A DNA stretch of 64,000 bases from Octopus vulgaris (GCA_951406725.2 OX597822.1:33604001-33668000); one strand, 5' to 3'. Positions 38,092-50,362 are shown, counted from the first letter of the stretch. Numbers and translations are program-made. The notes: generated from the sequence alone by a model not told the origin.

Positions 38092-39015
38092 TAACAATTT
38101 ATTTTTTTTTAAAATCAGTCATTTATTTTCTTCTCAATCGTGTTTGCTTTTTTTTTTAACATACATTCAAATATAAAACTACACCTCACCATCACCTCCA
38201 CCACTAGCACTACGACCACCACCACCACCGACATCACTTTTGACCTTGACTTTTTGATATTCAGTTTCCCATAATACATGCAAGTAAAAAAATGGGAGTT
38301 CCATTCCATGCATTTCAATTTAATTTACTACACTGCGAAAGAGCTGGTTTTTCGAACGGCTGCATAAAGCAAACCTTTGTTTTGTAAAACGGAGTTACGA
38401 GAGGAATCAAGATGTTCGTGTTTGAAATGTGTAAATGATAATAAAAGAATCAAACAGTTTTTTTCTGTGGTTTTTTTTTTTTTTTTTTATCTGAAAGTTA
38501 ATTAAAACAAAATAAGAAACAATAAAGTCTTTCTTTAACGTATTCTAAAGTAGTTTAAACACATTTGAAGTAGTTCATTTTTATAGTTTATTGTATATTA
38601 TTCATGTATTTTTCATGGAATTCTCAGCAATTGTAATGCAAGCCTTGATGAATGGCCCTAATGATTTTCAACACCAATAGCTGTTTATATTAAAGGAAAA
38701 AAAAAAAAGAGAGGAGGGCAGATCTGGAATGCTTTTTGATCATAGTTGTACTCTTTTGGGTATTCTATCTCAATACATACAATCCCTCTATTTTAATTAA
38801 TTTTGAAAAATAATCATTAATCCGTGATCTTTCATGGCATTTCAATTGTTCGACAGTGACCATGCTGGGGGCACCGCCATGAAGTGCTTTGGTCAAACAA
38901 ATTGAATCCAAGTACCTATGTCAGTTTCCTTTGCCAAACTACTAAGTTGTGGGGATGTAAACAAACCAACACCGGTTGTCAAGCAACGGGGCGATAAACA
39001 TATAAACAAACACAT

Positions 39016-39056
<41 letters not shown>

Positions 39057-39679
39057 GTTGGGATGCAAGCTTCTTACCACACAGCCACATTATTAATTAG
39101 CATAAAATTTAATGAGAAGTTTTAATTTAGAACACTTTCAAGCAAGAAATTTGAATCACAGAACCAGGAACAGTACAGGCTCTGATTGGTATCCAAAAGG
39201 TGCACTTAATCAGAAATGACCGAGACGAAAAACAACAATAACACCACCCCACATTCTCTTTTATTACTTTGTTTTTATGTTTTTTTTTGTATTTTTAGGG
39301 CATTTTTGGTTTGTTATTTTTTTCCTTTAAATTTCAACCACATTTTTAACATGACTGTGTCAAGTACCTTCATCTGTCACTAAAGTGCTTCACTAGATTT
39401 CTTTACGACTATATATTTTCTGGTTGTTATCTACACATCATACAGCCAATAAAACTATTTGACAAGCACAAGTGCAAAGAATGTGAAGTCCAACACCAGG
39501 TTCACCACATCTGCTTGAAACATGTTAGTTAGCTAATGAGGTATAACAACTAAAATATCTGAAAATAACTTCACAGTAATATAACTAATCACAGAAGCTT
39601 AAACTGTGGTTATAAGGTAACAGAGGAGTTTCAATGAGGTTACTTAAAATAGAAGCTATTTCTTCCTTAACTCTTTCAA

Positions 39680-40056
39680 TCTTTATATATAAAAGAGAAG
39701 TTGTGTGTCTGTCTCTTACAATTTAGATTCCTAACTACTCCCACATTTTGCGGTGCAGTTTAACCAAAAGCGGGTATCTTATAGTCGTGATTAATATCGA
39801 GCCCTTCTGGGTATTAGCATGAGTCTACGATTTAAAAAAAAATTTACCATCATTTTTTTCCATTTTAATGCATTTTTTTCGCTATTATATAAGGGAAGTA
39901 ACTCTCTAAAAATGTCTACGATGAGTCAACGATTTTAAAAATAATTTACCATCATTTTTTTTCCATTTTTAATGCATTTTTTTGCTATAACTCTCTAAAG
40001 ATGCTTATATAGTTATTTCCCTTACAAACCCAAGCAACGCCGGGCAATACTGCTAG
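39680..40056 (+). mobile_element. Non-autonomous Helitron, both termini present
   Basis: Inserted between A and T: 5' TCTTTATATATAAAA, 3' subterminal hairpin CCCAAGCAACGCCGGG (40029-44), terminal CTAG. Internal ~100-bp tandem duplication. Confidence 0.85.
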
Positions 40057-40156
40057 TGTGATATAAAATTCCATAGTTATTCAAGTCGTCATGGTGTTAA
40101 AAATCTACCTCCACCCCATCCACAAAAAAAACTGTTATTTTCTGCAAGTCACAATA

Positions 40157-40417
40157 TTAAGTTAAGTTAAGTTAAGTTAATTTTTTGGCTCAAAAAGCAA
40201 AAAGCAAGGCCATGTAGGGGGACATGGAGTTATGTACAGGGAGGGTGTTCATGCAAAGAGTTCAGGCCATTTCTGGTCAAGAGAGATTTTAAACCGAGCG
40301 GTCGTCGGCATCTTCACTATCTCGTCCGGCAGCTTATTCCACGGATCCGCAACCCGGACGGAGAAAGCCCCACCCTCCTTCGATTGAGATGAAATCGTCG
40401 CAGATAGAGCTTTTTCG
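40157..40417 (-). mobile_element. CR1-type LINE 3' end, (AACTT)n tail
   Basis: Reverse complement of about 43300-43540. Confidence 0.85.
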
Positions 40418-40469
40418 TGTTGATAAACTTCACATATCTTAATAAGTAATAGTTTTTAACGGGCCAGTA

Positions 40470-40685
40470 CTATGTAAAAGCACTCATGCTGGTGCCATGC
40501 AAAAGGCCATGTGCCATATAAAAGGCACCCAGCACACACTGTAAAGTGGTTGGCATCAGGAAGAGCATCCAGCTGTAGAAACCATGCCAAAACAGACAGC
40601 TGGAGTCTGGTGCAGCTCCCCTACTTGTCAGCTCTGGGCCAAACCATCCAACCCAAGCCAGCATGGAAAACGAATATTAAAGGAT
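40470..40685 (+). mobile_element. SINE family B variant
   Basis: GCACCCAGCACACACTGTAAAGTGGTTGGCATCAGGAAGAGCATCCAGCTGTAGAAA..GCATGGAAAA. Confidence 0.85.
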
Positions 40686-40687
40686 CG

Positions 40688-40978
40688 GGGTGGTGGTGGT
40701 GGTGGTGGCGGCGGCAGCGGTGGTGGTGGTGGTGGCAGTGATGGCGGCAGTGATAGTAAAGGATGATGGTGGTGGTGACGTTGGTGGTGGTGGCAGTGAT
40801 GGCGGTGGTGGTGATGGTGGTAGAGGAAGTGGTGGTGGTGGTGATGGTGGTGGTGGTGGTGGTGATGAGGACAATTATGATTACAATGATGACAATGACG
40901 ATGATGATGATGATTACAATGATGACAATGACGACGATGATGATAATGATGATGATAATGATGATGATGATGATGATG
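40688..40978. repeat. (GGT)n/(GAT)n compound microsatellite
   Basis: Direct observation; a similar tract lies at 49312-49715. Confidence 0.95.
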
Positions 40979-41649
40979 CCATTCCTCAACAAAAGGGAGA
41001 CTGATATATAAAACTGCTTTCTGCAGTTTAAGGCTAATGAAATTTCAATTGGATGTCATGTCTGTGATTTCTGCAGCAAAAGGGTTAAAAACTTCCTTGC
41101 TGTCTTCTTCCAAACGGAAATTACACGTGTGAAAAGCAAAACACTAGAGCAGTGATGCCGACAACAAAAGAACAAACTGCCGTTGCTGGATTGCTGATTG
41201 ACTGTTCCAAAGCATTCATTTGGCTAATCTAAGTGTCATGGGTTTGTTTGCGCCAAGGTGAACAGACCAAATGAATAACGACAACACCAACAAAACCAAC
41301 AGCAGCAGCAGCGGCGGCAGGAGAAGCAGCGACTTAAACAGGTAATTACAAAGTGAAATATTTCAGAACAAAACATTTTGTCCTCTGTCACTCGTTAGGT
41401 TAATTGCAGAAGCAAAATTGCTGAGTAGTGATTGTACTGGGCTACTGTAATCAAACATCTTGAGCATAAAGTACAAATGTACTCAAAGAAACTATAATAC
41501 AAAAGGCTACTTCAATACAGACACTAAAGTACAAAGGACTGCCGTGTCCAAAGTTACTAAAGTACAAAGGACAACTGTATTGAAAGGTACTGAAAAGAAA
41601 TCAAAGTATGAACAACTGCTATATTTAAGGATATTGAAGTACAAAGTTG

Positions 41650-41952
41650 TTGTTTGTTCCTTCTCGGGCCATGCCTGGCTTATAGGGCCGGTTTCCCGGT
41701 TTCCTTGGCATATAGATTCCCCACCTGGACGAGACACCGGTCCGTCGCAGGTGAGCTGCTAGATATAGGAAGAAAGAGTGAGAGAAAGTTGTAGCAAAAG
41801 AGTCAGCAGAAGTTCGCCATTACCTTCTGCCAGAGCCACGTGGAGCTTAAGTGTTTTGCTCATAAACACACACATCGCCCAGTCTGAGATTCGAATCCAC
41901 GATCTCTCAACCATGAGTCCACTGCTCTAACCACTAGGCCATCTGCCTCCAC
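41650..41952 (-). mobile_element. Family C-related tRNA SINE inserted in a degenerate ~33-bp minisatellite
   Basis: Minus-strand head TGGCCTAGTGGTTAGAGCAGTGGACTCATGGTTGAGAGATCGTGGATTCGAATCTC; flanked by the direct repeat TGAAGTACAAAGT. Confidence 0.8.
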
Positions 41953-42236
41953 TGAAGTACAAAGTACTGAAGTATAAAGAACTACTGTATTACAGATAGT
42001 AAATTAAAAAGAACAGTTGTCCTCAAAGATCATCACTTCAGATGCACTACATATATTCAACAGTGCAAAAGTGCAGCTGATCATTGAATTTCCTGAAATG
42101 TCACTCTTGTTTTTTCATGCAGATGGTGTCCCTAAGCATATAGAGTCAGTGACTTTTGCATTTGATTCTTTACTTGAATATGCAAATTTTTTCATGTCTA
42201 GTACTTCATTGTTTCAGCAAGTAGAATGACGTGTAC

Positions 42237-42280
42237 ACTTCACTGATGAGGTCTAATAAGACTGAAACATGGTTTGAAGT
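42237..42280 (+). ncRNA. Minimal type I hammerhead ribozyme
   Basis: ACTTCA - CTGATGA - GGTC taataa GACT - GAAAC atg GTT - TGAAGT. Stem I is a perfect 6 bp; the cleavage triplet is GUU. Confidence 0.75.
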
Positions 42281-42714
42281 TGTTGTTTTTTTTTTTCCCC
42301 CCACATTTACTGAAATGATTCAGTTAATTAACCATAAACCAATCTTGGCTATCCTATACTGCATAATTATTTCTAATTACTTTTAATTATTCCTAACTAT
42401 GTTCTATTTCCATGCTTGTTGCATTATTTTAACAAACATAACAACTGCAGCTAACTCATTATTATCATTTAATGACCATGTTCCTGGTTGGCATGGATTG
42501 GACAGTTTGGCAAGGATCTAATGAGTGAAGAGCTGTGTCATACTCCAATGTCTGCTTTGGCAGGGTTTCTATGGCTGGATGCCCTTCCTAACACCTACCA
42601 CTTTACATTGTGTACTGAGTGATACCTCACACTCAAAACCTGATCTTTGTATTACTACTGAAAAATAAAAATGAAAAATACTGAAAGATAACAACGAAAA
42701 TAACAATCAAGAAA

Positions 42715-43080
42715 TGTAAAAAACACCATCCAAGCGTGGCCGTTCGCCAGCCTCGTCTGGCACCTGTGTCGGTGGCACATAAAAAACACCATCCAAGCGT
42801 GGCCGTTCGCCAGCCTCGTCTGGCACCTGTGTCGGTGGCACATAAAAAACACCATCCAAGCGTGGCCGTTCGCCAGCCTCGTCTGGCACCTGTGTCGGTG
42901 GCACATAAAAAGCACCCACTACACTCACGGAGTGGTTGGCGTTAGGAAGGGCATCCAGCTGTAGAAAGAATGCCAGATCTGACTGGCCTGGTGCAGCCTT
43001 CGGGCTTCCCAGACCCCAGTCGAACCATCCAACCCATGCTAGCATGGAAAGCGGACGTTAAATGATGATGATGATGATGA
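42715..43080 (+). mobile_element. SINE family B with three identical 63-bp 5' units
   Basis: CACCATCC recurs at 42724, 42787 and 42850. Confidence 0.93.
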
Positions 43081-43221
43081 ACCTTAATAGCAATTACATA
43101 AAAAGCTGAAGAGAATGGGAGAGAGAGAATTAACTGTTAAATTCTTGTAGTGTTTCATCTATATAAATCTCCCAATCTTGTTAGAAAATAGAGACTTTGA
43201 TTAAACATCATTAGTCTAGTA

Positions 43222-43562
43222 TAAAGATCATAAGCGGAAAATGTAACCTCTCGAAAAAGCTGTTCTTGACTCCTGCTCCAGAGCGTGGGCTGCGGGGTCA
43301 CTCTGAAAAGCACTATCTACGACGATTTCATCTCAATCGAAGGAGAGGGGCTTTCTCTGTCCGGGTTGTGGATCCGTGGAATAAGCTGCCGGATGAGATA
43401 GTGAAGATGCCGATGACCGCTCGGTTCAAAGTCTCTTTGACTGGAAATGGCCTGAACTCTTTGTATGACCATCCTCCCTGTACATACCTCCCTGTCCCCT
43501 TACATGGCCTTGCTTTTACTTTTTGAGCCAATAAAAATTGATTGATTGATTGATTGATTGAT
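43222..43562 (+). mobile_element. CR1-type LINE 3' end, (ATTG)n tail
   Basis: RGHSEKHYLRRFHLNRRRGAFSVRVVDPWNKLPDEIVKMPMTARFKVSL matches the CR1 ORF2 C-terminal RGH..F..RVV..WN.LP..FK..L motif. Confidence 0.88.
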
Positions 43563-45204
43563 TAATAATATAACTAATACATGAACCTGAATGAAATTGA
43601 GTGATCGGATGTAATGGTTGTTGATGTGTGCTTTGAATGTGTTTAGCTGTTGTTGTAGACTTTTATCTATTATCATGTCACTTTCATAAGCCTAGGTAGG
43701 TAGAATACAGGTAAGTTAATTACACATGGATGTTTTCACTTATATTTACTAAATATTGATTCTTGGACATTGATTTCCTGTCTCAATGCTGAATTAGCGA
43801 TCCAATGGTGTCTATCATTCGAAAGCTGCTCCCATTAGAAAAAGCATTGCAATTAATACCTTTGATTCTTCTATTCAAATGTGTTTTTAAGACACACATA
43901 ACTACCAAATTAGTATTATTCACGGTTAACAAAATTAGACTCCCAAAACCCCAAGACTGCAAGAAAAATAGAACTAGGGATTTTATTTTGCAAACAAAAA
44001 AAAAACAAAAGATAGAATTAAAAGACGCTGAAGTTAATAAATACAAAGGATTTCCAAACTTATCTGAAAAGAGATTCTCTCCCCTTCGATAACATATTTC
44101 CCACCAGGGGCAAAGTATGTGTTTCAACACTCTTCTCATAAATCCACCAGAATGCAGATATCATATATTTAAAATATGTAACAATTTTTTTTTTATCTTT
44201 ACCATTAACTAAAGAAAATCAATGGTGCAATGATCAACTACATGATTATTCAACCCCTGCTCACTACCCTACACACACTAGTTGCTCCATGCCAGTGCAA
44301 CCAGGATGAAGCAACCAAAATTCCACCCTGGTGTATACAGATGGCATTGAAATATCACTGACAATTTTCTCCAACCCCAAGCTCTCTTTCTCTCTAATTA
44401 AATCATACATAGATAACAATAAACAAACCCTTAATAAATATCACTGAATTCTAAGTTAGCACTAAAAGTATTAGCTACCATGATGCTTGAAAAATCAAGG
44501 GAACAAAAAAGTTCAAAGAAATTCACTTGATAAACTACAAAAAAGAATGCGTACATAGTATAAGAAGGAAATCTTTTGACAGGAAGTTCATCACAAATTG
44601 AGACTAAAGTTTGTTTCTCATACAGAAGAGTGCTTTGTTGCTGTTCTTTAGCCACAAACAACAACACTATATGACAAGTAATTCAGGATTTGAAAGAGTT
44701 AGACATACAAGACTAAGAGTTAATAAAACTTTAATGCATGCAATATGCTAAAAGAAAGTTCAAAGACCTAATAAGGACATTCTGATATATTAGCTCATTA
44801 CAGTGAACCATATAGACTTCACGACACATGCTGAAAATAGTGAAAATCACTAAATAGGTACATTACAGAAGGTGTGAATAAATAGTATTCATTTGTTCAT
44901 TTTACATTTGTTTTTTCATGTCAGCATGGATTAGATGAATACATATTACTGAGGCATTGTTTTTACAGCTGGATGTTTTTTCTATCACTAACCATTATCT
45001 GTTATCCAATTAGGGAAATTTTCATTCCATTTGCTTTCAAAAGTGCAGAGCTGCCAGACAATTTGTTGACAAATTTGTTAGTAAACTGTCCAGCAGCCTC
45101 TACACTTTTTAAGATTATTGTCAATGACTATCATCCTCTATAGCTCAGCAATTACAAAATATAAACATCCACATAAACACACACACATAGAAGCACACAT
45201 ATAT

Positions 45205-45435
45205 ATTTCTTTATTGCCCACAAGGGGCTAGACATAGAGGGGACAAACAAGGACAGACAAAGTGATTAAGTCGATTACATCGGCCCCAGTGCGTAACTGG
45301 TACTTTATTTATCGACCCCGAAAGGATGAAAGGCAAAGTCGACCTCGACGGAATTTGAACTCAGAACGTAACGGCAGACAAAATACGGCTAAGCATTTCG
45401 CCCGGCATGCTAATGTTTCTGCCAGCTCGCCGCCT
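45205..45435 (-). mobile_element. SINE family D, full-length
   Basis: Reverse-complement D; AGAAGCACACATATA is repeated on both flanks (TSD-like). Confidence 0.92.
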
Positions 45436-45859
45436 TTCTGCCAGAAGCACACATATACATAGACCCATACACATGCATACACAAATTCAAACACACATAT
45501 CTACCATGAGATTTGCAATTTCCATCAACCAAATTTCCTCAGAAGGCATTGGTGAGCAGAGATGCCATCTGCATGGAAAACAATAGTTAAGTCAGTGTTA
45601 CTATATTTAATACAGCAAATATCAGTTTGTCTCAGTTTAATTTCACAAAAATATTCAAAAAATTTCCAGCTTACATTTGGCTACAAAGGAAAATCTATTA
45701 GGTGGTTTATTGTCTATGGCATGCTTCAAAATATAATACAAAAGACCTGAACATATAAGAAACAAAATTATGGCAACTATTGTAAAATTGACAAGTGGAA
45801 CATAATTATTCTCATTTAGCAACAAAAGAACCATCAACTTGCAGAGACTATCATAGGTT

Positions 45860-46256
45860 GTTGCCAGGACAACAAGCTGGCCTTCGTGCCGATGGTACAT
45901 TAAACACACCATTCAAGCGTGATCGTTACCGCGTTGCCTTACTAGCACGTGTGCTGGTGGCACGTGAAACATTCAAGCGAGGTCATCGCCAGTGCCGCTG
46001 GACTGGCTCCTGTGCAGGTGGCACATAAAAAGCACCATTTGGGCGTGGCCATTGCCAATACCACCAAAATGGCCCTCGTGTCGGTGGCACGTAAAAGCAC
46101 CCACTACATTCATTGAGTGGTTGGCGTTAGGAAAGGCATCCAGCTGTAGAAACTCTGCCAGATCAGATTGCAGTCTGGTTCGCCAGACCTCAGTCAAATC
46201 GTCCAACCCATGCTAGCATGGAAAGCAGACGTTAAATGATGATGATGAATGATGAT
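45860..46256 (+). mobile_element. SINE family B
   Basis: Several 5' units, B body, (GAT)n. Confidence 0.9.
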
Positions 46257-46340
46257 TAAAGCGGCAAACTGGCAGAAACGTTAGCACGCTGGGCGAAATG
46301 CTTAGTGGTAATTCTTCTGTTTTATATATATATATATATT

Positions 46341-46392
<52 letters not shown>

Positions 46393-47155
46393 CAGGATTT
46401 TCCATCTACCAAATCCACTCACAAGGCTTTGGTCGGCCCAAGGCTATAGTAAAAGACACTTGCCCAAGGTGCCATGCAGTGGGACTGAACCCGGAACCAT
46501 GCATTTGGGAAGCAAGCTTCTTACCACACAGCCATGCCTAGTAACATTACAATTAAAACTGATGGTGTAGTTGTTGTTATTAATAAGACCTACTCTCTTT
46601 TCAGCGGTTAACTTTCAATTATCATCATCACGATTTGGTCCAGCAAAATGGATTATGCAATACAAGTGTAGAAATTTATATCTTTTTATTTAAAACTTGG
46701 CAAAACGCTTGTCTCCAATGTTAGGTCACCTTGTGTTATCTGTTAAAACAGAATTAATAAGCTTTACTTAATATGTTCTGCATTGCAGTTTACAAACACA
46801 CAGAAACACATGCACGTACATACGGGTACATTTGCACATACACACAGATACATACATACATCTACACATATAAGTGAGTATGTGTGTGTGAGAGTATGTG
46901 TGTATGTATATACACAGACACACTCACATACATAAAATTACAGCAAAAAAATTTGCACTTGGCAGTTAAAAGAATTGTTGTGCCAAGTTTTAAGTAAAAA
47001 TGTGTGTGTGTGGTGTGTGTGTGTGTGTGTGAATAAGTGTGAATGGTTTTGTATGTGTATATATACACACATGCATGTGCATCTCTATGTTTCTTTCATT
47101 CTTTGAATATCAGTGTTGGTTTGTTTACATCCCCATAACTGAAAAGTTCACCCAA

Positions 47156-47204
<49 letters not shown>

Positions 47205-47368
47205 GCAACAACAACAACAACAGCAGCAGCAGCGACGATGACAATGATGACGACGCCGAAAAATAATAATCTAATTTTTTTTTTCTATTCTTCCTTAATA
47301 CCAGAATTGAAGAAAGATAAGAAAATATTAGATTTATAAACCCTAAAATTCACTCCATAATTGCCCAC

Positions 47369-47611
47369 AGGCATATGATGTAGTGGTTAAGAGTGCATGC
47401 TACTAACCCCAAGATTCTGAGTTCAATTCCAAGCAGTGACCTGAATAATAATAATAATAACTACAACATCGCAAAATACCTTAGGAATGAGAACCCAGGT
47501 TCAAAATTGGACACCTGATGAAGTCTGGAGGGTATATCAGCTGAAACTCTGTGTTAACAACAAACAAGATGAGGACAAATATCTGTCAAATGTAAATAAT
47601 GTAAATAATGT
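47369..47611 (+). mobile_element. tRNA-headed SINE-like element with a 3' hammerhead motif (this copy has a mutated cleavage triplet)
   Basis: A-box-like TGATGTAGTGG, B-box GAGTTCAATTCC (47419-30), (AAT)n linker, GACAC-CTGATGA-AG(t)CTG..CAGCT-GAAAC-tct-GTGTT (47510-55), tandem tail (ATGTAAATA)2. Confidence 0.65.
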
Positions 47612-47614
47612 CAG

Positions 47615-47930
47615 TAAGTGAAGATGGATGAAATACTGCTAAGCATTTTATGGGGCATGCTAACGATTCTGCCAGCTTGCTGCCTTAAAGAATATTTTTT
47701 AAATATTGCTTTCAAATGTTGGCACAAAGCCAGCAATTCATGGGGTGGAAGGATAAGTCAATTACATCAATCTCTGGTGTTCATTCAACTGGTCCTTATT
47801 TTATCGACTCCGGAAGTATGAAAGGCAAAGTCAACCTCGGTGGAATTTGAACTCAGAATGTAAAGATGGACTAAATGCCGCTAAGCATCTTGCCTGGCAT
47901 GCCGACAATTCAGCCATGTTGCCGCCTTAA
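47615..47930 (-). mobile_element. SINE family D fragments (tandem)
   Basis: Reverse-complement D blocks. Confidence 0.85.
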
Positions 47931-48071
47931 AGAATATTCTTGAAATATTGATTAACAATATTGATAGCAACTTACACTGTTATGATAACGAAACTGATGT
48001 TTCAGTTGTTGTTGTTGTTGTTGGGTAACATAACCAACTCTATTTGAACAGACCCATATATAACACAGAAG

Positions 48072-48160
48072 CAGCCAATCAAACGGCTAAGAACAGCTAA
48101 GTGGGACAAGCAGCCAATCAAAGGACTGAAAGCAACAACATGGATCAGATAGCCAATGAA
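48072..48160 (+). promoter_or_regulatory. Three CCAAT (NF-Y-like) boxes spaced exactly 39 bp apart
   Basis: AGCCAATCA, AGCCAATCA, AGCCAATGA with CCAAT at 48075, 48114 and 48153. Confidence 0.35.
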
Positions 48161-48365
48161 ATGACTGAGAATATCTCACTAGATCTAAAAGCCTTTGATA
48201 TTCATACCATACTTTGATCTATTCTGGGTTAACATGCTGCACAATCAAAAATGCAACAATGTTTGCATATTTCCGAGCAAGGAGTGATGGCTATGAGGTG
48301 CCGTTGTCTGACTATTTTAAAATCAAATATTTTTGTTGTTGTTCATCATCATCAGCAGCAGCAGT

Positions 48366-48605
48366 GGAGGCGCAATGTCCCAATGGTTAGGGCAGCGGAC
48401 TCGTGGTCAGAAGATCGCGGTTTCAATTCCCAGACTGGGCATTGTGTGTGTTTATTGAGCAAAAACACCTAAAGCCCCACGAGGCTCCAGCAGGGGGTGG
48501 TGGTGACCCCTGTTGAACTCTTTCACCCCAACTTTCTCTCACTCTTTCTTCCTGTTTCTTGTCCCTGACTTCCTACGCAACCGCTGAGCCTGGATGCGTA
48601 TTCAT
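48366..48605 (+). mobile_element. SINE family C
   Basis: GGAGGCGCAATGTCCCAATGGTTAGGGCAGCGGACTCGTGGTCAGAAGATCGCGGTTTCAATTCCC head. Confidence 0.87.
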
Positions 48606-50261
48606 CGACCCTAGTGTGTAACTGGTACTTATTAAATTGACTCCCAAAAGGATGAAAGGCAAACTTGACCTCGGCGGAATTTGAACTCAGAACGTAGCAG
48701 CAGATGAAATACCGCTAAGCCTGGTGTGCTAACGATTCTGCCAGGTCCATTGCCCTTCTGCTATTACCTCAGGCTGACTAAAGCCTTGTGAGTAGATATA
48801 GTAGATGGAAACTGAAAGAAGCCCATGAAATGTATGTGTGTGTGTGTGTGCATGCATGCATGTGCTCATACACCATTGTCTTGACATCACCTGATGGTCA
48901 ATAAAGGAGCATCACTGTCATACAATTAGTGTCCTTCCATGCCAATCTCTCATGAAAATATGTTCACCTATGGTGAAGTGTTACCATATTTGGAAATTGG
49001 CAAGGGTTAGTGACAGGAAAGGTATTCAGTCGTAGGAAATCTGCTTCAACAAGTTCCACTGGGCTCATACAAGCATGGAAACTTAGGCATTAAAATGATG
49101 ATGACAAGAGCTCAAAGTCTTTGTCAAGATACACTATGGAGCCTGGTGGTTGCTAAGAAACACTAGGTGTGGTTGAATGGCTCATTAGAGCCATCCAAGA
49201 TGTACACAGAGATGTCACCAGCTAGACGAGACATAACAATAACTTTCAGCCTATAAACATCACAAGTCCATGCCAATGCCTGCCTGTTCTCTTGTGCACT
49301 CATCTATAAAAGTGATGATGACAACAATGATGATGGTGGTGGTGGTGGTGGTGGTGGTGGTGGTGGTGACAATGCTGATGATGGTGATGATGATGATGAC
49401 GATGGCAGCAGCAGTGGTGATGACAATGACTATGATGGCAAAGAAAATGATGATGATGATGATGACAACGACAATGATGACAACGATGATGATGATGATG
49501 ATGATGATGATACTGATGATGATGATGATGACGATGACGATGATGATGGTAATCATAATGATAATAATGATTATGACGGTGCTGATGATGATGATGATGA
49601 TGATGGTGGCAGCGGCAGCGACGACCAACCACAATGACAAAGAAAATGATGATGATGATGATGATGATGATGATAATGACAAGTGCAATGATGATGATGG
49701 TGATGGTGATGATGGAGATATGTGTACATATTGATGCATGTTGCAAACATTCTCTAGGAAATGAGGTTTTCTTTTCTCGCCTGGAGACATGCTCATCTTT
49801 TGTTTAGTTTTTTTTTTTCTTTTTTTATTCTTTTTCTTCAACCACCCCGCCCCTTTATTACACTCACACAGTCCTTCCTTGCCCACATCTAAGAGATCTT
49901 TGCTCTCGTTTAAGGAGAAAAAGAATAAAATGAAAACCCCATAGAAGTGCATTTATTTCATCAAAACCTGGCTTAATCGTCAAAATTAATCAGAAACTTA
50001 CATCGTTAAGACATAAACCTGCATTATCCAGCTCACATTTATTCTATAATACCTCTGATACCAACACCCCCACCACCACCACCACCATCACCACCACCAC
50101 CAACACCACCACCACCACCACCAGCTTCACTACCACAACCAACACCACCGCCACCACCTGCCATCCATTGTCATTGTCATTCATATGATTGTTGCTAGCA
50201 GAAAGGTATGTGCGTGTGAGTGTGCGTGTGTGAGTCTGTGTGTGTGCATGCCTGTGCACAT

Positions 50262-50298
<37 letters not shown>

Positions 50299-50362
50299 CA
50301 TGTGTGCGCATGTCTGTGTGTGGGGGGGGAGATGAGGAGACACACACACACACACACACACA

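Noticed and set aside
42724-42912. CRISPR-like array or HDV-like ribozyme in the 63-bp units
   Set aside because: There are no unique spacers and the context is eukaryotic. CAGCCTCGTCTGGC resembles HDV P3/L3, but I could not build P1 and P2 of the nested double pseudoknot.
49260-49952. Long ORFs rich in His, Met, Ile or Asp (also 40621-41011, 56998-57207, 62544-62909)
   Set aside because: They are translations of (GAT)n/(GGT)n microsatellites, open in several frames, with no gene context.
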